From NCBI RefSeq assembly GCF_009914755.1, contig NC_060941.1: 64,000 nucleotides of DNA; one strand, 5' to 3'. A program made the translations under genes and the position numbers. Source of the stretch: the human T2T-CHM13v2.0 reference genome, Homo sapiens. Shown here one piece after another: positions 42,935 to 56,271 of the stretch. The first letter of the stretch is position 1. Each line of letters begins with the position of its first letter. The notes under the pieces are model-generated. The model searched no databases. It saw only the letters and a program-made list of their open reading frames with translations, and was not told the DNA's origin.

Positions 42935-43769
42935 TCATGAGAATGGCTAGCACAGACCGAGGAAATTATTTTCTGCTCAAACCTAACCTGATTTCTTTTT
43001 CTTTCTGCATTTTTGCCACCTGATTTTATTGTATGGGAAAGTATGAAAACCAGTTCCTCTCAATAAAATTATTTAAAAATTATTTTAAAAACCCAACCTC
43101 CTACAATTTCTGAAGTGCCTGATAATTTCTTCCAATGAAGTTTTCAGTTTACTGATTTTTTTTTTCACTCATAAGAAGGGACTGTGGAGTGAAGATTGTA
43201 AGGCAGTGTGGTTTAACTGTTTTAAGTTCTGTTTCTCTTAAATTTATTCTATTCATGTTATTTACAGAGCAACAGAAGAAAGCTTAGAGAATTAAAGACA
43301 AATTCAACTGGAGAAGCTTATGAGTAGTAGCTAGATTAATTTGAAAATGATCAGTAAATAACTATTTTATTTACTGATTTATTTTAAACTTCCACCGACC
43401 TTATTGAAATATACTTCCAGAAACATTCTGTTTGAACTATTATCATAAATTAGTCATCTTGCAAAACAGCTGTGGCAATATGATACAATGAAGAGAGCAG
43501 TGATTTAGCAATGAGAAGGTTGGGAGTTCTTGTCTTGGCTCCTTCACAGGGAGATCACATGACATGCCAAAGTCCCCTATATGAGGAAGCCATGCATTGA
43601 GAGGATTGAGGATTGGGTCAATGATCTATCATAGAATGCTTTCTATGAGTCTAGAAGCCTCATGAAGAACACACCAGGAAACTTGGGTGAGAGCAGGAGC
43701 TTCACCTCATGCAGAATTGCAGTGTGATTTTAGAGTGCTGTTACCATTCTTATGCTTAGAAGTCAGAGT

Positions 43770-44160
43770 GTCTGAATCAGGATTCTGTTGTGTATAATGG
43801 ATTGCACTCTCGTTGGCTTAGGCAGAAAGGTGTTAAATGGTTTGCAGAATTGTTGGGAAGGCTGAGCTTCCAGGAGCAGCTCCCAAAGTCTCCACACACA
43901 ACTGGACCACCAGGGAACCTGCTCCCTCCACCAGGACAGGAGCCTTAACTTCAGAAAGCTGCCCACCCAGTTGGAAAGCTGCCACCACAGTTGCCAGCAC
44001 CATAGCATCTTGTCTCTGCTACAGTCTCTGTCTACATAGTGAATGCCCGGTGCCCTGCCTCTCTTCCTCTGATTCAGGTCCCACTCCAGGTCTTGCCCAA
44101 GTCTTTCTGATTGGTGGAACTTAAATCACACCCAAAATCCCAGCTGTAGGAGAGCTGTGA
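43770..44160. mobile_element. Ancient LTR-like element (ERVL/MaLR-type), related to 46480-47000
   Basis: Shares motifs with 46480-47000 (tta(g/a)gcagaaagg and ctgagcttccagga..ttccca); family not resolved. Confidence 0.4.
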
Positions 44161-44590
44161 GATTTCATCTTTCCAAACTCTGTGTACTGCATGGGGGTTG
44201 GAGCACATGTCGGCAGCCGGTCCACTGCATTCACCATTGACAGTAGGTGAAATATTTATGGTCAATAACATTTGCATTTTTTCACAAAAAATGCACAATT
44301 TGCAGAGTAGCCATACACACTTTTTATTTAGAGCTAATATCAAGTCACTCTACATATAAAAATAATTATTTCTGACCATTTCCCAAGAAAACAGCTCTTC
44401 TAAAAATTGAGAGCAATGCCTACATTATTTCCTAAAGATGCAAACTGGTAGAGAAAACAGGATGTTAAATTCAGAATTTCCCTTCCAGCTTCATTTATTT
44501 TCTCCACATCAGTTCTGTTTTCCTCTGTGTCTTTTTCTCCCATGGGGATGTCCTCCATCTTTTCAATCTGATTTGCTCTTTGCCATGCAG

Positions 44591-44736
44591 ACCTGTGGAT
44601 GAAGAGCCAGAGTCCTCTGAGGTCGATGCTGCTGGTCGGTGGCCTGGTGTCTGTGTTAGCAGAACATCTCCAACACCCCCAGAGTCGGCAACCACCGTTA
44701 AGTCACTTATCAAGTCATTTGACTTGGGACGCCCAG
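44591..44736 (+). CDS. SPECC1: SPECC1 coding exon, 146 nt ([11 protein letters not shown]...[13 protein letters not shown])
   Basis: Long pyrimidine tract plus gcAG; CAG|GTATTT donor; phase 2 in, phase 1 out. Confidence 0.96.
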
Positions 44737-45883
44737 GTATTTAATCATTTTTTCTATAAGCAAAGCTCCAAATTCAAACTTTGGCCCGACATTTGATATG
44801 TCTACTATCTCTACTCCACCCTGGCCCTGTGTTGTTACAACCACAAGGGCGCTTTCCAGGTCCTACCACGTGCAGCCACTGCATGCAGGAGCCTGGCTGA
44901 GGCTCCAGGGAGGCACTGATGGAGAGCCTGGCTCATGAATAACACAAATGCAGCCTCTTCCTCTCTACCGCTTCCTTCCATCCAGTTCCTGCCTTGCTAC
45001 CTTTCTTTTCTGCCTCTCATAGCCATTAAATTCAGGTCACTACTATTTGCCTTTTTGTCATCTCATGAGAATTATGAGGGTCAGCTGGAGACTTCATCTC
45101 CTAGGAAACGAGACATCACATCTGTGCACCTGGCCCTCTTGGAGGCACCCCTGGCCATCCCCATCTTGCAACCTGCTAGACGTTTTTCTACCTGGTCTTG
45201 TACGTGAGCACCTGTGCTAATCTGTCACTCCTGATCTAGGTGTGTTCCCAGCTTTTCCTGGTGTTGTCTGATGGTCTCACAATTCCCCTTTAGTCATGCT
45301 TATCTTCCTATATGAGAAAGATGCGTAGCTATACTTCATACATATACTGTACACATAAACATAGCAAATAGAAGAAACAGAATGTGCATCTGTCTACAGT
45401 AACAATATCTTTCTTCCCCAGAGTGCAACAAACATGCCATTGTATTGGGAGACTGTAGTAAAAGTTAATCCTAGGATGTACCTGGTTGTCTCTGCTAAAA
45501 TTGTTTGCACCTAAATTAGATTAAGACTAGACTCTACATATTCAAAGACATGAAAGCCTTTCATGTCTGTGAAGACAGGAAATGAATTAACAATTTGTAC
45601 AAGAACTTTTCTGTTCCTTCCTTCTCTAGGCATCTCATTATTTATACAGTTTCTTTTTGCTCAGCTATCCTTCATCTAAGACTGACCTCCACTCAGCTAA
45701 ATCTTCCCTTCTTGTTTCCCCAAAGCAGCTCTAGTCCGGAGAAGAAAAGGATAATAGAGTAAATATTACACTAAACACGGATACTCCTTAAGCCACCAAA
45801 AAAAGTAACAAGAAATCAGGAACAAGTATATGCTATTTTGAAGTGGAACAACATATAAATGTTCCCATGTTTTTTCTTGGCAG

Positions 45884-45984
45884 GTGGAGCTGGACAGAAT
45901 ATTTCTGTCCATAAGACCCCCAGAAGTCCCCTAAGTGGGATACCAGTGAGGACTGCTCCAGCAGCTGCTGTCTCTCCAATGCAG
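45884..45984 (+). CDS. SPECC1: SPECC1 coding exon, 101 nt ([34 protein letters not shown])
   Basis: tttttcttggcAG acceptor and CAG|GTAGAT donor; frame continuous. Confidence 0.96.
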
Positions 45985-46479
45985 GTAGATGAGCCCCAGA
46001 AATAACCACTGCTTATGGTTTGCTGTGTATCCCTCTAGATGTTTTTCTTTACACATATTAGTGTCCGTGTGTGTATGTGTGTGTGTAGAGTATGTGTTTT
46101 GTAAATTGGATTGCACTATGCATTATTCCAATACTTATTTCACTTTATCATCGGAATGTAAGCTTCATGAGGTCAGATATTTTTGTTCATTTTGCTTGCT
46201 GTTTTATCTCTTGTCTGTAACACTGGTTGGCACATGGTCACATTATAGTAGAAGTTCAATAAATATTAAATGAATGAAGGAATATGTTTTCAAATTTTAA
46301 TATTTGCAGAAACGATTCTTTTTATAAAAGATTACATAATATGTGGTGATTTATTTAGCCACTGTTCTACTGATAGAAGTTAGGTTTTTTTGGATTTAAC
46401 TTATTACAAAAAATAATACAGTGAAGATACTGATACAAATTTTTGACCACTTAAGGGGCTACTTTTTAAATAAGGGTAT

Positions 46480-47000
46480 ATCAAGATTCATTTGTAAGTA
46501 TCAGAGATGACTGTAGTTAAGCAGAAAGGAATTTAATACAGGGATTTTGGTACTGAGGGCTGGAGAAAGGTCTAGGCTGCACTGAGCTTCCAGGAAAGGT
46601 TCCCAGAGCATCTGAAAGTTGGCCCATTAAAGGAGCTTCTGTTTCTGCCAGAATCGGGAAGTCTTTCTCTAAGTGCTTACCCAGGACTGCCACTGCTACC
46701 AAGATCTAGGATCAGCCTGGTGACTACACTGCCACAGGTGCAGTCCATGCCAGAAAAGCACACTCTGTGCCTGCCCCATACTGACCAGAAAACGGTGGAA
46801 CAGACCCCAGAACCTCTGCTCCCCTGCCACAGAACAGCGAATGCCTTCCCAGCCATGTTTACCAGGAGAAGCTGCAGAAGGGAAGCCTTACACTCCCTTG
46901 CACCTTCCAGATCCTCTGAGAAGGGGCCTGTTTGACAGAAGCTAGGCCACTTGATGAGCCAAGCTTTAAAGGAGTTTGCCAAGTACACCCTTTAGCTTCC
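46480..47000. mobile_element. Ancient LTR-like element (ERVL/MaLR-type)
   Basis: ttaagcagaaaggaatttaatacaggg start motif; similar to 43770-44160. Confidence 0.4.
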
Positions 47001-47802
47001 CAGTCCCTTATAGTTCAATAAGTCGCCCTACAAGGAGATGAGGATGGAGTTGAGTGAGCCCGTCTTGAGATCTTCTACAAATTGATTCCTAGTGAAGGAA
47101 AATGGAGTCCTAGAAAAGGAAATGTATTTGACCTGTTCCAGCATGTCGAAAAACTTGATAGACACATTGCCCTTCAGTTTGCCCTCCCGCTTACAGTACT
47201 ATTTTCCAAGAATTTTGACACTGTCTATAATTTTTGAAGATCAAGTAAGTGAACAATAATATCTTGTTTTACTTTATCAGTAAGGTGGAGCACTTCTTCG
47301 TATGATTATAGGCCATTTATCTCTTGTGTGTCGGTGTGGAAACTTACATACTTTGCCTGCTTTTCTTTTGAAGTGTTAGTCTGTTTATGTTTTGTAAGAA
47401 GTATTGATATATTGTGCTTTTTAACATTTTTTCATATGTAATTGTATTACCTTTTTTATCTTTTAATGTCATATTAATAGTTATCTTTTACTGAAGAGAA
47501 ATTTTACATGTTTGTGTTGTGTTTTAAGATTTTGTTTTGTTTCCTGCCTTAAAATGTCTTTTCTAGCTATTAGATGATTAAAATATTCTCCCTAAATATC
47601 TTAAGGAAGTCTTTTATTTCTTCAGTCTTAAAACCCATAGAAACATGGGTTTGGATTTAGATATTCTTCCCCTATCTTAACTGCCTTCTGGAAGCAGAAG
47701 TAAATACTCTCTGGAGGACAATTACACCATCTAGATCCTTAAATTATAGCCACATTTTAAAAAATACAACGTTATATAGTAACTTTAAACAATACCAGGC
47801 AT

Positions 47803-48108
47803 GGCCAGGTGCAGTGGCTCATGCCTGTAATCCTAGCATTTTGGGAGGCCGAAGCAGGCAGATCACGAGGTCAGGAGTTCGAGACCAGGGTGGCCGACAT
47901 AGTGAAACCCCGTCTCTACTAAAAATACAAAAATCAACTGGGCATGGTGGTGTGTGCCTGTTGTCCCAGCCACTCAGGAGGCTGAGGCAGGAGAATCACT
48001 TGAACTCAGGAGGCAGAGGTTGTGGTAAGCTGAGATCGCGCCACTGCATTCCAGCCTGGGCAACAGAGCAAGACTCCATCTTAAAATAAAATAAAATAAA
48101 ACAAAAAA
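47803..48108 (+). mobile_element. AluS
   Basis: Full dimer with TSD accaggcat. Confidence 0.95.
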
Positions 48109-48119
48109 CCAGGCATACA

Positions 48120-50140
48120 AATAGATAATACCAAATGATGAAAAGCCAAGAGAAAAAATAGACAATAGAAACAGACACGGAAGATTCAGATATTGATATT
48201 ATTAGACATAGACCCTAAAACAACTGAGATTAATGCTGTCAACAAAATAAGTGACAAGGTAGAGAATTTCAGCAGAAAACCACAATGTATAAAAAAGAAT
48301 CTGTTAGAGATTTTATGACTTAAAAATAAAATACCTGAATTAAAGACTCAATAAAGTTTAGCTGTAGCTTAAACAGTTTAAGAGAGGCTTAAAGAACTGA
48401 AGACAAGTCAGTATAAATATCTGAACTGAAGCACAGAGAAAAAGGATAGGAAATAGAGAAAAGGACATAAGAAACATATGGGATGGAATAAAAAAATCTC
48501 ATGTGTAATTGGAGTCCCCAAAAGGGGAGAAAAAGAGCAGAAGTGATATTGGAAGGGATAATGATCAAGAATTTCCAAAACTGATAAAAGATGTCAAGCC
48601 CAGATTCAAGAAACAATAAGAACCCCAAGTGAGATAAGTACAAAGAAAACCACCCAGACACATGAGGTTAAAACTGCTGGAAATGAAAGAGAAAGCATCC
48701 TAAAAGCACCCAAAAGAAAAAAGATACCTCAATGTCCAAGGAGGAAGAGCAAAACTGACATCTTTCTTCTCAAGAAGAATGATGGAAGCCCTGAAGACAA
48801 TGCAGTGGCATCTGCAAAATGCTGAAAGAAAACACCTGCTTTCCTTTACCTCATGAAAATATGCTTCAAAGTGCTGTACCTGGTGAAAATACCCTTCAAA
48901 GGTGAACACAAAAGAAAGATGCTTTGAGTCCAACAAAACCAGATGTTTTTTCCTAGGATACTTGCAGTGAAAAGACTATTTAAAGGAGTTCTGCATGGAG
49001 TTTGTTCTTTTAAAAGACTATTAAAATTCAAAACATCTGACAAGAAAAGCTAATGCAAAATTACCTGTATCAGGAATTTGTAAATGGGTACATCACTAAA
49101 GATTTCATAATTATTAAAGCAATAGTAAGAGAATATTATATATTACTACTTTGTGCTATAAATTAGAAAATATTGATGAAATGGTCAAAATCTTAGAAAA
49201 ATGTAACGTGCTAAACTTACATAGGAGAGAGTAGTAGAAAATCTCAATCACCTATAATTTATATCTTTTCCTTAAAAGAAATGCCAGGGCCTTATGGCTT
49301 CACCATGAAACCTCCCAAACATTTAAGGAAGAAATAATGTCAATCTTACGTAAATTCAGAGACTAGGAAAGAGGTCAGCATAGCTTTGATCCCTAATAGT
49401 TGCAAGAACATTAATAGACAAGAAAATTAAAAGGTCTTTCTCACGAACCTCTTTGCAAAAATCCTGAACAAAATCTTGGAAAACCTTATTCAGAGACACA
49501 TGAAAAAGATCATGTCATGTTGGGTTTATTCCAGGAATGGAAGGTGGTTAATATTGAAGCCAACCAGAGTAATTCACCACATTAACAAAGGTATAAAAAG
49601 AATATGGTTGGCCAGGTACAATGGCTTATGCCTGTAATCCCAGCACTTTGGGAGGCCAAGGTAGGTGGACACTGGAGGCCAGGAGTTCAAGACCACTCTG
49701 GTCACCATGGCGAAACCCCATCTCTACTAAAAATACAAAAATTAGCTGGGCGTGGTGGTGCACGCCTGTAACCCCCAGCTACTTGGGAGGCTGAGGCACA
49801 AGAATGGCTTAAATCCAGGAGGCGGAGGTTGCAGTCACCTGAGATCATTGCCATTCCACTCCTGGGCGACAGAGTAAGACTCTATCTCAAAAAAAAAAAA
49901 AAAAAGCATATGGTCATCTTAGTAGGTGGTGGCAGGAAAATGTAGTCGATAAAGATTAATATCTTTCTTGATGGAAATTCTTAGAAAAGTAGGAATAGAA
50001 GGGAAAGTCTTTAATCTGATAAAGGGTCTGTATTATATATCTACAGCAAACATCATACTTAATGGTGAAATATCGGATGCTTTCCCACAGGATTGTGAAT
50101 GGGATAGGAATGCCCCATATTGTCACTTTTGTTCAGCCAA
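48120..50140 (+). mobile_element. Highly decayed L1 (L1ME/L1MC-type) ORF1/ORF2 fragments
   Basis: A-rich sense L1 motifs (aattggagtcccc, gaatttccaaaactgat, tgggtttattccaggaatg); ORF 49968 (LRKVGIEGKVFNLIKGLY...ANIILNGE) is an ORF2 remnant. Confidence 0.75.
49610..49904 (+). mobile_element. AluS inserted in L1
   Basis: Full dimer with TSD aaag(a/c)atatggt. Confidence 0.93.
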
Positions 50141-50829
50141 CTTCAAAAGCAAGATTTAAAACTACTTTTGAAAACTGTATACCACGACCATTATATTTTT
50201 GTGGGATGTGGATACATGGAATTGTGTTTAATATGCTATGAAGTAGAGCCTCTAAGAGAAAATAATGTTCTGGAAAGCCTCAGAATGGCCCTGCACAGGC
50301 AAATGTACCAGGTTGTTCATTGCAGCATTGTTCCTAATATCAATATCAACATGAATATCAATAGAGAATCAGTAAAATAAATTATGGTAATGAAAATAGC
50401 TAAGATCTACTGAATGCTTACTATCTGCTGGGCTGTGTTTTGATTGTTCTAACTGGATTTAACTCATTTAATCCTCCCATAACCCTTTGAGGTAAGTACG
50501 TTTAGTATCGTTGCCATTTTATAAATAAAGAAAATAAGGCACAGAAAATTAAGTAACCCAGAGTCTCACAGGTGGGTGGTGCCATCTGTCCCCAGAGCCA
50601 CTTACTTGGCCTCTTGTGGCACTTCTCAGAGGAAGCTGCCAAGATGGTGGGTGATGGTGGGTATAGAATGACTTCTAAGATACAGTAAGTGAAAGAAGCA
50701 AAATGGTGTACAAAACAATATAATGCTATGATAACAGTTGTGTTTTTAGAAAAACAGAGGGTGTTTTTCAAGGTTTTTCCTTGAATAATATCATGCTTAC
50801 TTGCATTCTGAAATGCTTTTTTAAATGGC

Positions 50830-51830
50830 AGTAAAAAAAATACACCATGAAATCTACTCTATTAACAAATTTTTAAGTATTGTTAACTAGAAGCACAATA
50901 TTGTATGGCAGGTCTCTAGAAAAATTTTTTTTTAAATTTTTAATTTTATTTCAGATTCAGGGTGTACATGTACAGATTTGTTACATGGATATATTGTGGG
51001 ATGCTGAGGTTTGGGGTATGATTGATCCCATCACCCAAGTAGTGAGCATAGTACCCAACAGGTTTTCAGTGCTTGCCTCCCCCTCCTCTAGCACTCCCCA
51101 GTGTCTCTTGTTGCCATCTTTCTGTCCTCTAGAACTTTGTTATCTTGCCTGACTGAAACTCTGTATCCACGGAACAATTCCCCACTTCCCCTCCCTGAGG
51201 CCTCTGGGAGCCACCACTCCACTGTCTGCTTCTGTGATTTTGACTACTTTAGATTCCTCACGTACATAGAGTTATGCCGCTCTTGTCCTTCAGTGACTGG
51301 TGTATTTGACTTAGCATAATGTCTCCAAAACTCATTTATGTTGTAGCATGGGACAGGATTTCCTTCTTTTTTAAGGCTGAATAATATTCCATTGTATATT
51401 CTATACCACATTTTCTTCGTCCATTCATCTGGTGGTGGACACTGGGGTTGCTTCCACGTCTTGGCTGTTGTGAATTATGCTGCAATGAGCAAGAGAGTGC
51501 AAGTATCTCTTTGAGATCCTGTTTTCAATTTTCTTGGATAAATACCTAGAAGTGGTGTTGCTGGATCATTTGGTAGTACTATTTCTAATTTTTTGAGGAA
51601 CCTCCATACTGTTCTGCGTAATGGCTGCACCATTGTACATTCCCACTAACAGTACACAGGAGTTTCATTTTCTCTACCTCCTCACCAATACTTGTTCTTT
51701 TTCAGTTTTTTTTTTTTGATGATGGTCTTCCTAATAAATGTGAGGTGGCGTGTCACTGTGGTTTTGGTTTGCATTTCCCTGATGATTAGTGATGTTGAGC
51801 ATCTTTTCATATACCTATTAACCATTAAAA
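50830..51830 (-). mobile_element. L1MA/MB 3' region with a nested L1PA15/16-like 3' end (about 50935-51130)
   Basis: Typical antisense L1 3' UTR motifs (ggctgaataatattccattgtat; tgcatttccctgatgattagtgatgttgagc). Confidence 0.75.
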
Positions 51831-52168
51831 ATAGAATACTTATACACACATCCTTGAATATACATAGAACATTCCAGGAAAGATATTCACAAAGCCAATT
51901 AATAATGATTGCCCTTGGAGAGAAGAACTGGGAGATGGGAAGGAAAAGGAGACTTTCTCTTCATTATTTGCCCTTTTCATTGCTTTTGGGGATAGTGTCT
52001 ATTGCATGTATTACCTATTCAAATAAATGAGTTAATTAAAAACTCCCCTGGTTATTCCACTGTGTTTAAGAACTGTTGCACACACACGCATGCACACACA
52101 CACATCTGTGTTTGTGCTATTCTTGATGTTATGAGCTCACCGTGCTGGTGTCCCCCTGGTTTTTACAG

Positions 52169-52250
52169 AGGCATTCGACTTACAGCAGTGTGCGGCCAGC
52201 CAGCAGAGGGGTGACTCAACGCTTGGACCTTCCTGACCTTCCCCTCTCAG
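52169..52250 (+). CDS. SPECC1: SPECC1 coding exon, 82 nt ([27 protein letters not shown])
   Basis: tttttacAG acceptor and CAG|GTAAAT donor; frame continuous. Confidence 0.95.
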
Positions 52251-52489
52251 GTAAATTATGTCAACATAAAGAACTTTTGACTTATCTTTCCGTGCAGTTA
52301 ACTTTTCTTCATTTCTCTGCATGAAACTGAGCTTAGAAAAATAATCAGTGGCATTTCTTGCAAGTGATTTCAACCCCGAATAATGTACATATCATGAATG
52401 TTAGATGCAGCAGTGCAGCTGACAAAAGGAAAAAGTGTCTCCTGCCAGCTGCACTTCTCAGTGCCCTTGTGCTGGGGAGACAGGCCCAA

Positions 52490-52629
52490 TTTTTTTTTTC
52501 TTTTCCTTTTTTCAGAGACATGGTCTTGCTTTGTTTCCCAGGCTGGTCTCAAACTCCTGGTCTCAAGTGATCCTCCTGCCTCGGCCTCCCACAGTGCTGG
52601 GATTATAGGTGTGAGCCACTGTGCCTGGC
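52490..52629 (-). mobile_element. FLAM_C-like Alu monomer
   Basis: Left-arm monomer with T-rich tail. Confidence 0.85.
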
Positions 52630-52796
52630 ATATTGTTTTTTAACTGAACCTCAAGAGCATATTTTCTAATCTTTAAAAAGTAACTAAGGGAAAAAATCTT
52701 ACCTGATTTTGAATTTGTCTGCTACTTCTGCAATTCTTAAAATTTGCCCCTTTAAAGGTATTTGTCTTTTGGTGCAGTCCTCTTCCTGTTGTTACA

Positions 52797-52798
<2 letters not shown>

Positions 52799-52840
<42 letters not shown>
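52799..52840. repeat. (GT)21 microsatellite
   Basis: Perfect dinucleotide run. Confidence 0.97.
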
Positions 52841-52842
<2 letters not shown>

Positions 52843-54239
52843 TTGTTTTTTGTTTTAACTCCAATCCTGGTTGTAAAGTGGAGGTTGCATTCAGCAGTCC
52901 CAGCAGTCCCCATCCATCACATTTGCGTGGCGTCATATTTCCTGTGTCACAGGCTGATGTGAAGCAGCCCTCAAGAAGGGACACGTGGGCTTGAGTCTCA
53001 GTACTGCTGCTCAGCCTGGCTTTGGCCCCATCACCCCACTTCTCTGTGCTTTAGTCTCCTCATCTCTAAAACGGAAATAATCCGGTCCACTTCCTAGGAT
53101 TGTATCAAGGATTGAGTTAGCACATTAAAGCGCCTTGAACATGCTGGGTGTGTGGCAAGCACTGTGGAAGTGTTTACTGTGCACATCTCACCTGCTGTTC
53201 TCTGCTGACCCAGTTCGCCTGCCCAGAACTAAAGGGACAACAGTGCTCAAGCCTAGTGGGAAGTTAAGGTTGTCCAGAATACGGGGCTTAGAACCTATGT
53301 ATGTGTCTATGTGGTGACTGTTAGGAAATAAAAAAGGCAAAAAGAACACTGAATGGACTGTTTACTGGTCCCTGTAGAAGGGATAGAAAGCCAAAAGTCT
53401 GGGTCACATGGACAGAAATCCTTTTGTTTCTAAGCATAAAATAAAATTTCTACAGCTGTACTTCCTTTAGATCTTGGTCAAACACAATCAGGCTTGTTCT
53501 TAAAATAGTTGTTTCTATGAGGGAACTTTCCCCTCTGAATCTTCTTTGCTTTTTCATGGAATTAAATAAGGATTTTAGAGTTGGGTAAACACTGACAATT
53601 GAGAATTTGAAGATGATCTGAGCCCATTCCTCGAGTTTTACATGGGAGAGATTCAAGCCCTACAGAAATTGAGTGACTTATAAAGGCTACAGCGATTTTG
53701 GATGGCTGTGGGGCCAGGAAGTCTCCTGATTCTTTCTACCATGTGCCTCTTGGTGCTGAGGCTGGTGATTGCTCGAGTAATAGCTTTCTAAAGTGGTGAA
53801 AGTTTACGTGGGACTCCAAGTCATGATAGTGACTTCCCAGCAGAAGGAAATGAAGACCAAAGGCCAGTGTAAAGTCAAGAGTGTAAGAACAAACAGAGTT
53901 CAGTGGAGGTAGAGAAATGAGAGAGTACGTGCTCCAGGAGACCAGGCCTGAGTGTCCCATACTAGGAGGGGAGTGGAGGAGACCAGAGCACAGCAGGAAG
54001 CCCACTTGGCTCACCATCTCCGTGCTTGCTGTGTAGCACAAAAGAGGGAATAATTTGATGACACGCATAGTGCTAGGTGTGGGGTTTTTGAAAAATTGTG
54101 GTAAAAGACACATAATATAAAATTTACCTTATCAACCATTTTTAAGTGAACTAGGTAAGCCTTTGGTAGATAATATTTGTTCTTCTCTCTGTTCCACTAG
54201 CCTTAAAGTTTTCTATTGTGTAGAGACACCATTCTTTCT

Positions 54240-54840
<601 letters not shown>

Positions 54841-55394
54841 AAAACCATTCTTTTAGTTGACACGGTACATACTGAACTTGAGACCACAATAGCTTATTGC
54901 TCTGCAGTTAATATCTCATTGACAGCCCTCCCTACTTAGCCCCCACCAGGCACCTGTCTGCTTGGATGATTATATTTACTGTTATTACAGCAAAGGATTA
55001 CAGTGACAATTACTTGCTTCTAGCAATCCCCAGGAATTGCTTGTCAACACTGAGGTCATTGGAAGCTGCAGAAACCAAAGATTAATGTGCTGTTCTTGTT
55101 GTTCCCTTGGATGTAAATACTGTTTTTCTCTGCTATTTAGAGCTGACTAGCCTCACTCCCAACTTTACTGCCCCTAATTGGTGGCAGTGAGCTGTGGAAG
55201 GATTACTTTCTTCTGTGACTATTCACAGGTCATGGGCGGCAACTGTGGGCTCATCCTGGTCCCTGGTCTGCTCTGTAGCTTAGAACAAGGCACTTAGTTC
55301 TCTGAGCTCCAGTTTCCTCTATAAATATAAACTAGACAGTCTCGAAAGATGTCTCCTGTTCCGCACTTTTATGGTCCTTTGAGAAATATAGTCT

Positions 55395-55530
55395 GGCTAG
55401 ACATGGTGGTGCACTTTCCTGTAGTCCCAGCTACTTGGGAGGCTGAGACAGAGGATCATTAGGAGGTCAAGTCCAAATCCAGCCTGGGCAACACGGCAAG
55501 ACCCTGTCTCTAGAAGAGAAAAAGAAAAAC
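55395..55530 (+). mobile_element. FLAM-like Alu monomer
   Basis: cctgtagtcccagctacttgggaggctgag...ccagcctgggcaacacggcaagaccctgtctc. Confidence 0.8.
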
Positions 55531-56114
55531 AAGTATCATCTGGAGGATTCAGTTCATTTCATTACCTGTTTTTTGACTCAGACTAATATGACAGCAGAAA
55601 GGAGCCTTGAAAGAGTGATTCCTACTTCTTGTTTAGCAAGCCAGGCCCTATGGCTAGAATGGCCTTTTCTCTTGTCAAGTAGTTCTTCTTGGTTCCCAGC
55701 TTCTTGTTTATTGCTGCCTGTGGTCTGATCATCACTTGAGGCATTTTCCTGCCACTCTCTCTCAGATGTCTGTCAGTTAAAACAAAAGATACTACCTGGG
55801 GACAGGGCTGGCTTCGTTGGCACTTGCACAAGGCCCTTAGAAGGACACATGCTTGGTGTAATGCTCTGATGACATCATCTTGAAATTCACAGTGATTTTT
55901 GAGCAGGAGGTTGATTTGGTGCTAGATGCTGTAAATGATGTAGTGGTCCTGCCTGTAGAATCCACATCCCTATTGCATTTTTATTACTTCAGAAACTATA
56001 TATATGTTTGCACTTGAGGATAAAATGAGAACTGTATTGTATTTGAGAATGAAGTATGATGGCAGTCAAGAGCTGCTTCTTTGGGAATGAGTGATTATGT
56101 GGTTGTTCCCACAG

Positions 56115-56271
56115 ATATTCTAAAGGGAAGGACTGAGACCCTGAAGCCAGACCCCCACCTCCGCAAGAGTCCCTCACTAGAGTCACTGAGCAGACCCCCG
56201 TCTCTGGGCTTTGGGGACACAAGACTGCTGAGTGCTTCCACCCGGGCATGGAAACCACAAAGCAAACTCAG
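56115..56271 (+). CDS. SPECC1: SPECC1 coding exon, 157 nt ([25 protein letters not shown]...QSKL)
   Basis: ttcccacAG acceptor and CAG|GTATCG donor; lies within ORF 56081..56431. Confidence 0.95.
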
